From Haliotis cracherodii (lineage: Eukaryota): a stretch of DNA of 64,000 bases. Position 1 is the stretch's first letter, and each line of letters begins with the position of its first letter. The stretch lies in contig NW_027266279.1 of assembly GCF_022045235.1 (NCBI RefSeq), positions 2,976,001 to 3,040,000 of the forward strand, in the 5' to 3' direction. Under the pieces are notes generated by a model. The model did not search any database. It had not been told where the DNA came from and saw only the letters and a list, made by a program, of their open reading frames with translations. Positions 41,801 through 51,722 of the stretch are shown piece after piece. The position numbers and the translations under genes are program-made.

Positions 41801-44800
41801 GACTACGCTCCACACTCTGGTGTCCATTTTCACGACAAGGTCTAAACATTGCAGAACTACCCTCTGTAAAACTCAGACATTCTCATTTGTTGTTAACTGC
41901 TTGACTGATACGGGGGCACGGGTTGCCCAGTCGTATAAGGCGCCGCAATTCGCTGTGCAGAGTTGCGTCCCTTGGGCACGTCAGAAACCTATGATTGTGG
42001 GTTCGAATCCCGGTCGTCCTGATTTGGTTTCAAGGTTTTTTACCACCATGCTCGTGTGTTTCACCGAAGTGGTAAAAGTCTGACACCTGCATCACCTCGG
42101 GCTTTCCTTCTACATTAGATTGACGCGCCGTTAAACCAACTCACTTACTCACTTAACTGATACACACAATTACATTTGAGGAAGAAGTGAAAAAATACCA
42201 TGTTCAGAGATGTGTAACAAGCTTACTGGGACTGCCAATTGCTCGATCGTGGTGTCGTTTTAAGGGCTGGGTCGGGTTTTGAAATAAGGGCCAGGTTTCA
42301 AATACCATTAATACGACACTAATCTGAGCCGCCCATCTCGTCACTTCCGGTAACTCTGAACGGAAGGAATAAGGACTCTGATATGTGTCACCCTCGAATA
42401 TCCAGTGTATTATTTATATATTTGCATCTTTATATCTTTATATCATTCCTGGACCCATTCGCTCCAAATAACTGGCAGAAACTAAACAAAGCTGGCCAAC
42501 CAAATTCTGTTATTGAGGAGAAATTTAGCTATTCAAACAATGGCCATGATGACGTGACCCCTAAACCGAAGCTTTGGCGGCGAGTGGATCCATTGTACTT
42601 AAAATAACATAATGGAATGGACATACTTATGACACACTTGATTATGTAATACTATGCTTCCTGGTATGAGATCCCGGCATTTGACGTGAAGAGTTACGTC
42701 CCTTTACTGCCAGACGTCTCTTCGTGGTTTCGTAACCCGGAATATAATTACAAAGGTGTATTTTTGGTGAAAAATAAGAACAAGACAAATAATTTTCATA
42801 TTTGGTACTGAAATGTTTATGGTGACGTTTTTTATATTTCAGGCTGATGCAATTAATCCTAAGATTGGCTACCCAAATGATATATTGAACAACAAACTTC
42901 TCAATACACTCTATGAAAATGTAAGTATTTGCGAGTAACCACAAGCCAAGAATTTGTCTAAACTTGGAACCTCCAACTCAATTTGATGGTGACACACCTG
43001 CATCAGAGGCATACGTATGTACTGATAACCGAAAGTTAGGCAAGTGTTTTGGTGATACAACAGACAAAATGTAATTTTTGTTTGAGTTAGACGATGCTCT
43101 TAGTCAGTGCCGCGTAAAATACTTATCGTTTTCTCTGAAAAGAGCCAAACAAATATTTTTTACACATAATACAGATTTTCACCCCTGTTCAGTGAATAAT
43201 TTGTTGATTTTTATGTATTTTTTGTGTGGTTGGAGGAGGTTACACCTATTTGTTCGAGAATTATCGGGAACAGATTATCAACTCACTTACCCCCAACCCA
43301 AACCCAACAAATGATCGATCCAGTATGCGAGTCCAGTGAAATTTCAACCCCCCGTGTTTCAGAATACCTACGATTCCATGAAGTATTTTGAGAACGTTCT
43401 GCAGAACATCCAGAGGTCAACAATCAATAATCTGAAGACACTCCGGCAACGGGTGGACAGAAATGTGTATGTGTTTGTGTGTTTGTTTGTTTGTGAAATA
43501 ATCGAGTCTGGACCAGCCAATCCAGGAAGCGTCAACGTGAGCATCGATCCACACAATTGGGATACGCTGACATGCATTAAACCAAGTCAGCGAGCCTGAC
43601 CGCCCGATCCCTTTAGTTGCCTCTTACAGCAAGCATGGGTTGCTAGGGGCCTTATCTTTCACCCGGAATCGCAAAGGGTAATGTGTATGTGCAGCCACCC
43701 ACAGGCATGTTGGAGTGTCGCTTGTTTAAACAGTAAAGTCCTGGAAGTATTTGGACCCATATGTATTGCAATGTAGTTGTGACGTATACAACATGTGTCG
43801 GTGATTAACGTCGTTGTTGATGTTGTTGCAGGTGGTCCACAGCGCCGTCAACGGTCAACGCATTCTACAACTCCCTCACAAACCAGATCAGTAAGTGAAT
43901 CGCCTTAATATCTTGAAGCGCTAGTAAAAGTATGAGATTCGGTCAGGAAGAGTTTAGATCGGATTTCTCTGAATTTCTTATCATTGTCATTTATGTAAAG
44001 GTACCTGAAAACCTCATCACTGTTAGCAGTGTCAAGTTTTGAGGACGAGTTTTATCGTATAAATATTTCGTTAGACTTTCCCTTTTTAGTCTGAGGCGCA
44101 ACAAGCTGATCAGAGTTCCTTTAGGCATTCCAGAATCCTATAATCGTTGGAATTTGAGATTCCTCAACATGATCTTAGTTTGTAGGAAACTTGCCCCCAT
44201 CAAAGACGTAAACATCAAACACTTGCATCACTGCGGGCGTTCCTCCTCATGAAACTTATTGGAAGTGGTATAACTTCGATACTGTTAAAATCTGAGGACC
44301 CGTGAAGATTCCAGGGTAGAATAGGTCTTCAGCAACTCATACTTGCCGTAAAAGGCGACTATGCTTGTCGTAACAGGCGACTAACGGGATCGGGTGGTCA
44401 TGCTCGCTGACTTGGTTGATAAATGTCATCGATCCCAATTGCGTTGATCGATGCTCCTGATGTCAATCATTGGATTGTCTGGTCGAGACTCGATTATTTA
44501 CAGACCGCCGTCATATAGCTGGAATATTGCTGTGTGCGGCGTTAAATAACAAACAAACAAACAAACAAATAAAATCTTGGCTATACACCACTCACTCACT
44601 GATTTCAATACTGTGGCGTCTGTTTCAGTGTTTCCAGCAGGGATTTTACAACCACCATTCTACAGCAAAACCTACCACAAGTAAGTGACGCATTATTTCT
44701 TCGCCCAATACTACTAACACTACTACTTACGGTAGTTTTTTTATAACCCAGGTCAGCGAACAGTGTGGACTCAGCTCCCTGGAGAGTATACTGCCCAAGC

Positions 44801-47800
44801 TGCCTCATGAAGCACTAGACAGTTAACATTCACATTACAATCTCATCCTACCTACCAGGTACCCACTGAGGGGTGAATCCATCTTCCGGAGGCAAGGGAG
44901 TTAACTGATTATAAAAGTTCAGTTTCAGTGGAAACTGAACATGTATAGTCAGTTAACGCCCTTGCCTCGGGAAGATGTGGTGAAGGGGGCATATTTCGAA
45001 TAATATCTCTTGCCTTAGGAGACGTCACGTCACGTGTTTCAGTGTGGGGCAGGACCGAAGCCCAAGAAACACTCTAGAGTCAAACGTTTCATCTCGGATA
45101 AAGGAAATAGAGCTGTAAACAGTGAAACCCGGTGAATCTGGACACTACCATTTCCGGTGCAATCGTCCGGATTATCCAATTTCCAGATTAACGAAGCCCT
45201 GTTTTGGAGATATGTCATTGGCTATACGTTGTATGTAAACAATATTGTCCGAAACGTTGGTTACTAGACTATCCGGTATTAATGAGGTTTCTGGATATAA
45301 TCAGATAATCGAGGATGACTATGTATGAAAGATATTTTTGAATGAAAACATTCAAGGCATACTGTGTCCATGTGTAACATGTAGGCTAGTCATCAACGTA
45401 ATTCTCTGTATAGAGTTGTGTCCCCTAACCGATCCAGGATCCACAAATTTCGGGTTTGAATCCCAGATTTCAATTGTCGAGAGTTCATTGTAAATGATAA
45501 TTACATCATGGAAATCAAATCAAATCAATCAGTAATACTCGATAGTCTAGTGGATTGTATAGGACATGATTGTAAATATGATAAGGCTGTTTTTTCTTCC
45601 TGCTGTTGGTTTTATGTTGGAGTAATTTCCCATTCATTTAGGTCCCTGAACTATGGCAGTATCGGTGTGGTGATCGGCCATGAGATAACCCACGGCTTCG
45701 ACGATAGAGGTGAGACCATTATCGTTTTATGACGATAGAGGTGAGACCATTAACGTTTAATGAAGATAGGGGTGAGACCATTATCGTTTTAAACACAACA
45801 CGCCATGTTCACTTTTAAATATATTCTGGATAAAAGCGAATATTTCTTTGGATTATATCTGATTCTGATGGCGGGTTCATCTACAGTGTAAACCATGGTT
45901 CCTGATGAAAACGTTTTGTGACGCCCGTTCTGAAGTATTAGCATAGTCTTTATGAAGGGATGTCACATTCTTTAAGGAATCATATTCTTTTGTATTGATT
46001 TTCTTTACCCTAATGAAATATCATATTCTTCAATAGTCTACTCAAATGAAGTTTTATCCTGAATATAACAGACAAACGTCTACTATGCTTTAGTAAGTCT
46101 AGATTCGTGAAGATGAAGACATTGTCCGGGCTCCTTCCTAGAACAGATTTTACAAAAAAATGGTCACTTCCGTTATTCAGTGTTAGATTAATCTAACGCG
46201 CCGTGTATTTCTAACTGTCGGCCAAAAGAAAGTATACACCCATGTTTGATGGTGGCTAAAATTGAAACAAACAAGAAATAGTTATTGGGTGGCATTTGAC
46301 ACGGGTATCATTGTTGTGATTTGGACCTTAGGTTTGCAGTGTTTAGGCGACTGTTTTCAGCCCAGTAACGTTTTGATAACGTTTGTAATTTCTGGGTAAA
46401 ATCCGAGTGTATTCTTTCTATTGCCGTTAGTTTAGTTAAACGGGTATCATTCAGACAGTAGTTGAACAGACGGGTAGCTTTTGAAAATGTTTGCTGACCT
46501 ACGTTTCCACCAACAGGGCGACAGTACGACAAGAATGGTAACCTTGTCCAATGGTGGAGCGACGACGCCATCGACAAGTTCAAGGTCAAGGCCGACTGTA
46601 TCATCGACCAATATTCCCAGTATACTGTGCCCGAGGCGGACATGAAGGTAACTGACGTGATTGTAAAATGCCGCACAAAATCTTTCGTTTTGTTTGTTTG
46701 TTGTTTAACGCCGCTGTCAGCAATATTCCAGCTATATGATGGCGGTCTTTAAAAAATCGAGTCTGGACTAGACAATCCAGTGTTGACAACATGAGCATCG
46801 ATCAACGCAATTGGCATCGATGACATGCATCAACCTTGTCAGCGAGTCTGACCTCCCGATCCCGTTTGTCGCCTCTTACGGCAAGCACTGTCGCCATTTA
46901 CGGCAACCATGGGTTGCTGAAGACCTATTCTACCCCGGATCTTCATACACGATGATATTGAACAGTGGTACAAAGTGAACGTAGAGCTGAGATGATCCTA
47001 ACTCTTTAACATGAAGTGAGCTTATCATAGTTACACCAGGGGTTCCTGATTATGATTGTTGGTCCAACTTAGTAAACGTCTAAGACCTGCATCACTTCAA
47101 GCTTTCCTTCTACCGACCATGTCGGTATATATAACAGCAATATTTTCAAAGCGACGTTAAACCCAACTCACTCTCTACCACAGTTGTAGCGCTGAGAACG
47201 CCATGTGCATCCGAGTTCAGGACTCTGTTTTACAACAATATTAGCGCTACGACTGTTTAAAATATATGTATAGGAGTTGAGATCGTCTTAGCGAAAAGAA
47301 TGTTTTGTTAATCCATGACCAGGGACCAGTTCCACAAAGCGATCTTAGCTCTGAGACGATCGTAAGTCTGTGAAAGAATGGGAGCTACGAAAGTCGCAGC
47401 TCTGAGATCGCTTTGTAGAACGGGTCCCTGGACTCCTTAAAACACAGCCATCGTAGAGCTACGACTGTCGTAAACCTGAGGAAGTATGGGAATTCAGTCT
47501 TGGAGATCGGAGAACAAAGTTGTCTTCACCTGTACTTGGTACAGTGTAGCATTGGCTTACTGGAGACGTAGCCTTGAGATAGATTTCCAGATGTCTGTAT
47601 TGGAATGTCCTTGCAATGACCATGTCCCTGAAATGACTTCTCCGGCAGAACGCGCTCCTTGCCAGGGGTACTCGAATTCTAGTTAGTGATTGCTTTTGGT
47701 CACAGATCAAACAAACGTTGTGTTAATATTATTAACTTCCTTTGAACGTTTCAGATTAACGGAATTAATACTCAGGGTGAAAACATTGCCGATAATGGCG

Positions 47801-49582
47801 GAGTTAAGCAAAGTTATAGGGTGAGTATTATGACAGTGCCTTATGCGCTTAATATAAGGTGTAAAGTTTGGAAATCACTTGCAGCATACCCTCAAAACAA
47901 TAAAGACACACTGTGGTAACGCTTGACTGATTGTTAGTTTTGTCATTAATGGGTACACATCAGAAACATCTCTTCTTAACTTGTGAACTAACTACCCATA
48001 ATTTCTAATGTTCGCGTTTCTTTTGGTGTTGCGTATATATGCATACATTGTAGAGCTGGGAAGATGGCATACGTGTTGTTTTACTACCTCTTCACTGTTT
48101 TCTTTGACCGGATGAGCCAGGAAACTGCAACTACTGACACACATACTGATCAAACGAAGTTAGTGATCATGACTACTTGTGGGATATTTTCATGAAATGT
48201 GCTCTGTTTTCACTACAAAGAGATAGCCCCAAGCATAGTCATGAACCCAAGCTTTTTTGTTCGGTATAGATCATAATAAACAGATGGTCTGATGTCTCAA
48301 TTACATCGATCCCAAGCTGCGTACAGAATAAGTAGATCTAATGTCCCATACTCCTTTACTCAAACCACTGTTCCTGCTGTTATTTCTATGCTACAAAACA
48401 GTGTTGCCCTTTGCTTTAGGCGTACCGGAAGTGGGTAGAGGAACAGGGCAAGGAGGAGCAATTACTTCCGGGACTCAAGTACAACAACAATCAGCTGTTC
48501 TTTATCAGCTTCGCACAGGTGAGTCTCACATGTGGTGGCACGTGTTCCTGTGCAGAGCGCACAGGTCCCAAATCAGGTGAAGTTTAGCAACGTCGGTTGC
48601 AGAGAGTCCTTGGATGGGTGAGTGGGTTTCGGCAGCTTGGCTCCTGGGTGCTTCAGTCCTACCCCACACTGAAGCACACGTAACACATGTGGCTTCTCCT
48701 TGGGAAAGTGACTTTGTTCGAAATGTGCCTCTGTTCACCCAGCAGTGAGTGGGTACCCGGTAGGATGAGATGGCAATACCATCTAGCGCCTCACAGGCTT
48801 GGGTTGTATACTCCCTAGGGAGCTGAGAATGATTCTTGAGTGCACACTGATCCAGTGACCAGAGTAATAATAGCACTTTGAGCATGCCCCCGAGTGCTGT
48901 GGAAATATGCGCAATATAGATACCCTTTTATTATTTTTTGTAAGCGAATAAACTTCTCATTTTGCAGAACACATACATCGGTTCCGGAGCTGCTGAATTG
49001 GTTTAATTGTTAGCGCCTTCCAGAGGACTCCGGATCCTCTCCGTTCTACACTCACTGATTTCCTCACTCACTCCAAACACACCACTCATTCGACTATCTG
49101 ACCCCGATTACATTCACCTTGGTGTTGTCGTGCATGAGGTATAATTTGCTTACAAGGTGCTTTTTTTCTGCAGATCTGGTGTTCCAACATGAGGCGAGAG
49201 AACGCAATTAGTCGGATCCTTACGGGCGTTCACAGTCCAGGTAGATTCAGGTAAGGTCTGTTATGTCCAGTAATTACCTATCCATATGTTTAACTTGTGT
49301 GTGTACGTTTGCATGCATGCATGCATATATGCGTGCATGCGTGCGTGCGTGTGGTGTGTTTGAAGTGTATTCACTCTCCCTCTGGGTCCCCCAGTGCCCA
49401 CACACGCGTGAAAAAATGGGGAGACTAATATTGCATTTGCAAAAGCTTATGAAGATTAACTTCTTATTTTTTCTTATTGTAGAGTTATAGGCACTATGCA
49501 GAACTCACAGTACTTCAGCGATGCATTCAACTGTCCCCGTACGTCGTATATGAACCCCGAGAAGAAGTGCTATGTCTGGTAG
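10342..49582 (+). CDS. Neprilysin-like (peptidase M13) type II membrane zinc metallopeptidase, spliced gene, about 22 coding exons, about 743 aa
   Basis: Manual splicing gives one continuous frame (2232 nt incl. stop) with GT-AG introns and matching phases. Motifs: TM anchor, [72 protein letters not shown]-terminal CYVW. Exact orthologue not determinable; first exon tentative. Confidence 0.95.
10527..11845. repeat. 22-bp minisatellite GTCATTGTTCATCTTATTGATA
   Basis: About 60 copies. Confidence 0.95.
12480..12755 (-). mobile_element. SINE family A copy
   Basis: Reverse complement of the GACCCGTGAAGATCC...GGCGTTAAACAAC(AAAC)n consensus. Confidence 0.85.
12826..13220. mobile_element. Non-autonomous DNA element with core plus long palindrome (possibly Crypton-like); related copies at 17560-17810 and 23515-23770
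   Basis: Shared core AAACTGGCT...TTGCATCACAATGC...CCATGACGTCACAATCAAATGAC; imperfect palindrome centred on CTCGGCAAGCCTCG. Confidence 0.55.
14095..14705 (+). mobile_element. SINE family B copy with an internal 81-bp segment amplified about 5 times (14236-14650)
   Basis: GCACGGGTGGCCC head, GGTTCGAATTCC B box, (CTCA)n tail; unit contains CCTGCATCACTTCGGGCTT. Confidence 0.85.
16231..16308. repeat. (GT)n microsatellite at the tail of a family D SINE
   Basis: Directly visible. Confidence 0.95.
16312..16562 (-). mobile_element. tRNA-derived SINE family D (Meta-domain-like); related copies near 23960-24150, 37600-38320, 58720-58950
   Basis: Minus strand: A box GGTCTAGTGG, B box GGTTCGATCC, body ...GGCATGGTATCTCAGTG...CACTATAAA. 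Confidence 0.75.
17031..17320 (+). mobile_element. tRNA-derived SINE family B, full length
   Basis: A and B boxes, (CTCA)n tail, 12-bp TSD TCGACCCGGACC. Confidence 0.9.
18537..20335 (+). mobile_element. Cluster of about five SINE family A copies or fragments plus one family C fragment (18838-18960)
   Basis: Repeated GGGTGGTCAGGCTCGCTGACTTGGTTGATG body, all in the same orientation. Confidence 0.85.
20690..20830. mobile_element. Long imperfect palindrome of a non-autonomous DNA element
   Basis: TGTGTCATACTGATTTTAC ... GTAAAATCAGTATGACACA arms. Confidence 0.6.
22672..22871. mobile_element. Tc1/mariner-like MITE; related ends at 6290-6380 (-) and 46216-46310 (+)
   Basis: TIRs GCAAAAGAAAGTATACACC / GGTGTATAAATTCTTTTGC. 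Confidence 0.65.
25169..25296 (+). CDS. Neprilysin-like exon: transmembrane anchor
   Basis: tttcag| [42 protein letters not shown] |gtacgt. Confidence 0.85.
25812..26095 (-). mobile_element. SINE family A, full length
   Basis: 14-bp TSD AGAATGCCATTTAG. Confidence 0.92.
27682..29060 (+). mobile_element. Fragmented CR1/L2-type LINE (APE endonuclease remnants and C-terminal Cys/His region)
   Basis: [37 protein letters not shown] motifs broken by stops. Confidence 0.65.
29099..29375 (+). mobile_element. SINE family A, full length
   Basis: (CAAC)n tail; TSD CAAACATGCAAT. Confidence 0.92.
30055..30362 (+). repeat. 56-57 bp tandem array containing the splice acceptor and first ~11 nt of the 33-nt exon (6 acceptor copies)
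   Basis: ACCTATCATTGCAG|ATGTGTGC(A/G)CA at 30055, 30111, 30168, 30224, 30281, 30338. Confidence 0.95.
30352..30384 (+). CDS. Neprilysin-like 33-nt exon ([10 protein letters not shown])
   Basis: ttgcag| ... |gtaaga; conserved CxxxxC at the start of the M13 ectodomain; phase 1-1. Confidence 0.9.
30433..30600 (-). mobile_element. Short tRNA-derived SINE family C; related copies near 16825, 18838, 34790, 40795, 58998-59162
   Basis: Minus strand: A-box-like head, GGTTCGATTCC B box, GGAATATTGCTAAAAG tail, (CTCA)n. Confidence 0.85.
30613..31545. repeat. 21-bp minisatellite CACACATGTCACCGCCT(C/G)TAA, intronic
   Basis: About 44 copies; explains the long repetitive ORFs. Confidence 0.95.
31724..32178 (-). 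mobile_element. Composite SINE family A insertion (tail fragment, spacer, near-full copy)
   Basis: 10-bp TSD TTAGGCTATG around the whole composite. Confidence 0.85.
32906..33067 (+). CDS. Neprilysin-like exon ([25 protein letters not shown]...)
   Basis: ttcag| ... |gtatga; PCxxFYxFACG motif. Confidence 0.95.
35238..35318 (+). CDS. Neprilysin-like exon ([26 protein letters not shown])
   Basis: ttgcag| ... |gtaagt; KxxYxSC motif. Confidence 0.93.
35418..35690 (+). mobile_element. SINE family B copy
   Basis: Matches the copy at 17031. Confidence 0.85.
35876..36078 (+). CDS. Neprilysin-like exon (QLEERGAEP...LGGWP...[11 protein letters not shown])
   Basis: cacag| ... |gtaagt. Confidence 0.93.
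36679..36858 (+). CDS. Neprilysin-like exon (VDQSDFGML...DFEILLAN)
   Basis: gacag| ... |gtgagt. Confidence 0.93.
37859..38312 (+). repeat. 30-bp minisatellite GGTATCTCAGTGGGCGAGCACTATAAAACC derived from the family D SINE body
   Basis: About 15 copies embedded in a family D copy. Confidence 0.9.
38555..38641 (+). CDS. Neprilysin-like exon ([16 protein letters not shown]...YPK)
   Basis: tgcag| ... |gtacgc. Confidence 0.92.
38800..39347. mobile_element. Two SINE family A copies tail-to-tail (38800-39075 +, 39131-39347 -)
   Basis: Consensus match on opposite strands; second copy internally deleted. Confidence 0.9.
39864..40003 (+). CDS. Neprilysin-like exon (FDWLRYFQ...PVYFEKL...)
   Basis: tgcag| ... 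|gtgagg. Confidence 0.92.
40072..40334 (-). mobile_element. SINE family A copy
   Basis: Consensus match. Confidence 0.88.
40511..40604 (+). CDS. Neprilysin-like exon (TLANYVVWR...)
   Basis: tgcag| ... |gtaaat; NYxxWR motif. Confidence 0.93.
40991..41119 (+). CDS. Neprilysin-like exon ([15 protein letters not shown]...AVGRMFV...)
   Basis: cacag| ... |gtgagt. Confidence 0.93.
41351..41449 (+). CDS. Neprilysin-like exon (ADEMIANL...LDWMDEATK...)
   Basis: ctcag| ... |gtcaga; WMDxxTK motif. Confidence 0.93.
41912..42155 (+). mobile_element. SINE family B copy
   Basis: Head and tail match; TSD ACTGATAC. Confidence 0.85.
42843..42920 (+). CDS. Neprilysin-like exon ([11 protein letters not shown]...)
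   Basis: ttcag| ... |gtaagt. Confidence 0.93.
43363..43466 (+). CDS. Neprilysin-like exon ([12 protein letters not shown]...RQRVDRN)
   Basis: ttcag| ... |gtatgt. Confidence 0.9.
43478..43680 (-). mobile_element. SINE family A copy starting ~12 nt after a splice donor
   Basis: Diverged consensus match. Confidence 0.8.
43832..43890 (+). CDS. Neprilysin-like exon ([19 protein letters not shown])
   Basis: tgcag| ... |gtaagt; VNAFY substrate-binding motif. Confidence 0.95.
44297..44568 (+). mobile_element. SINE family A, full length
   Basis: Consensus match; flanking TAAAATCT duplication. Confidence 0.9.
44629..44680 (+). CDS. Neprilysin-like exon ([16 protein letters not shown])
   Basis: ttcag| ... 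|gtaagt. Confidence 0.95.
45642..45709 (+). CDS. Neprilysin-like exon with HExxH zinc motif ([22 protein letters not shown])
   Basis: tttag| ... |gtgaga. Confidence 0.97.
45700..45790 (+). repeat. 31-bp tandem triplication of the HEITH-exon splice donor
   Basis: GACGATAGAG|GTGAGACCATT at 45700, 45731 and (diverged) 45762. Confidence 0.9.
46517..46647 (+). CDS. Neprilysin-like exon ([14 protein letters not shown]...CIIDQYS...)
   Basis: aacag| ... |gtaact. Confidence 0.95.
46690..46945 (-). mobile_element. SINE family A copy
   Basis: Consensus match. Confidence 0.88.
47322..47428. mobile_element. ~107-bp hairpin MITE; related copies near 25400-25580, 33109-33208, 47220-47320, 52020-52132, 52850-52952
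   Basis: GGGACC..CACAAAGCGATCTTAG / CTGAGATCGCTTTGT..GGTCCC inverted ends. Confidence 0.75.
47755..47820 (+). CDS. Neprilysin-like exon ([22 protein letters not shown])
   Basis: ttcag| ... |gtgagt; ENIAD third zinc ligand. Confidence 0.96.
48420..48518 (+). CDS. Neprilysin-like exon (AYRKWV...LLPGL...QLFFISFAQ)
   Basis: tttag| ... |gtgagt. Confidence 0.95.
48585..48935 (+). mobile_element. SINE family E (CORE-like body, CR1/L2-like tail); related fragments at 4040-4130 (-) and 44745-45080 (-)
   Basis: CCTTGGGAAAGTGACTTT...TTCACCCAG..GGGTACC body and AGCACTTTGAGC...(TTA)n tail; repeated in the window. Confidence 0.65.
49174..49250 (+). CDS. Neprilysin-like exon (IWCSNMRRE...VHSPGRF)
   Basis: tgcag| ... 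|gtaagg. Confidence 0.95.
49483..49582 (+). CDS. Neprilysin-like last coding exon (VIGTMQNS...FNCP...[10 protein letters not shown])
   Basis: tgtag| ... TAG at 49580-49582; canonical M13 C-terminus. Confidence 0.96.
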
Positions 49583-49627
49583 AGAGGCTGGCTAAGGACT
49601 ACTTCCACCACGTGCAGGGACAACACG

Positions 49628-49976
49628 GTTACCTGGTGGAGGTGGTGACAGGTGTCATTGGTTACCTCGTGGGTGTTGGTGACAGGTGTCATTGGTTACC
49701 TCGTGGGTGTTGGTGACAGGTGTCATTGGTTACCTCGTGCAGGGGGTGACAGGTGTTATTGTTACCTCGTGGGTGGTGGTGACAGGTGTCATTGGTTACC
49801 TCGTGGGTGTTGGTGACAAGTGTCATTGGTTACCTCGTGGGTGTTGGTGACAGGGGTCATTGGTTACCTCGTGGGTGGTGGTGACAGGTGTCATTGGTTA
49901 CCTCGTGGGTGTTGGTGACAGGTGTCATTGGTTTACCTCGTGCAGTTGGTGGAGACAGGTGTCATTGTTACCTCGT
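49628..49976 (+). repeat. 34-bp minisatellite in the neprilysin 3' UTR (GTTACCTCGTGGGTGTTGGTGACAGGTGTCATTG)
   Basis: About 10 copies starting 45 nt after the stop codon. Confidence 0.92.
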
Positions 49977-50527
49977 ATGGAAAATGGAAAATTACGTACC
50001 TTCATAAATAATGTTCTAATATATGGTACTTAAAAGCATATCTGAAATCAATTGCTCTAAGATGATCACGTATGTTTAGGGTACTGGAATTCAGGTGATA
50101 TACAATACACTAAAAGGCTACAGTAAATGATTTTATAAGCTGGATCAGTAGGCCCATGAAACCATACCTAACGAAAAGTGAAAATGAACATTAGGGAAAT
50201 GAAATGTTTTATATTTAAATGTATACTATGTATATTATATTGTTTTAGTCCTGTACAAATATGTAATTATCATTGAATCTTTTCCACTTTATCTTCATGA
50301 AAGATAGTTTTCAGTTGACCAAGTCGGTATTCATAATGTAATATCATCGTCAATACTTCACAGATTCTGTGTACACTTTCTTCCTGACGCGCGTCTATTT
50401 TAAGTCAGGAAATGAAATGAGGCCGTGCATAACTCAAGGCAGTCAAATGAGCCCTACACCACGCATGTGCGAATCCTACAACATGAACAAGTGTAGAGTA
50501 GACTGATTCCCGGATCCTCCGCTTGGT

Positions 50528-51018
50528 GCAATCTCATTAAAATCAGACCTCAATTCTCGCTACCGTTAAACAAAGATCTGAGGACATCCCATTAGGGGTC
50601 ATGTCAGAACGACCTTTTATCCGACCAATCAGAGCGTCGCTTACCAGATTATGAAAGCGACAGTCGGAATGTGATTTCTAATCATCCAACCTCGAAAACT
50701 CTAACACGAGGTATTCCGAGCAATAGTTACGGGTTTAACGAGTGAATCCATACAATCTAGACCATCTATTAGCCATTCCAGAGTGTTCTTTTGTTCAGGT
50801 TTTTAATTTGTAATCGAAAATTTGTCAAAATATGTTTCGAAGCGTAGTCGCCAATTTGAAATTAGTGCCGTAAAGCACGAGAAAGCTGCTTTCTGGTTGG
50901 TCATTTCATTGGTCGGTCAAAGCTCGCGGAAGGTCGTTCTGACGTGACCCGTGGTGGGATGTTCTCAGATGTTTGTTTAGCGGTAGCGAGAACTAAGATA
51001 TGATTTTAATGCGATTGC
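50528..51018. mobile_element. MITE with ~90-100 bp imperfect terminal inverted repeats
   Basis: GCAATC..ATTAAAATCA..TTCTCGCTACCG..TCAGAACGACCTT mirrored at 50930-51018. Confidence 0.75.
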
Positions 51019-51504
51019 GCTGCTCTTGCCCCCAGTCTGTCGCAGGAACGAACGGCAAACAGTCAACGTGTAGAGGGGATTGCCGCAAGACGTATTGCCG
51101 TTTGTGCGATGTAAACTGAGCGCTCATTGGTCTGACCACTCCATTGCTTCCCTCTCGCTAGATCCAGGTCGTGCCTTGATTCGTTGGTTAACAATAACGA
51201 CAGTGCACATTTAAACAGTGTATTCAAGGTGGTAGAGGAAGGTAGTGCGTAGAAACTTGGCAAGTATTGACGATGTGGTTGTTTTGACTACTGCAACGGG
51301 GTCTTGAAGCTGTTCTTACCGTAAAAAAGAAACAAATGTTTTCCACATTCTATGAGGAGAAGTATTTTGTTCTTTTACGAAGTCATATTATTGACACGGG
51401 CCCTTATTGAGTGAATATGATTATGTCATGGAAGTTTATGTTTTTTTATAATCTTCCACGTCAACGGTCATAGTCATCCTTATTTGTATTATACTGAAAC
51501 AGAG

Positions 51505-51722
51505 GGGACCGGTCATTTATTATAAACGGGGGTCAGAGAGAATAAGAATATAACAGTCTCTGGGGGGTGGAGTGGGGGTGATTACTCACTGCATTTTGTC
51601 TTTTCGGGGAGATGAAAAAATTAAACAAGGACCTGGGGAGGGTCAAGCATTAGGGGAGGTTAATTATTTTCTGGTTATGAGTGCATCAAACACCCTGACC
51701 CCTGCAAGAAATGACCGGTCCC
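51505..51722. mobile_element. MITE with 14-bp perfect TIRs GGGACCGGTCATTT
   Basis: Both TIRs seen directly. Confidence 0.75.
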
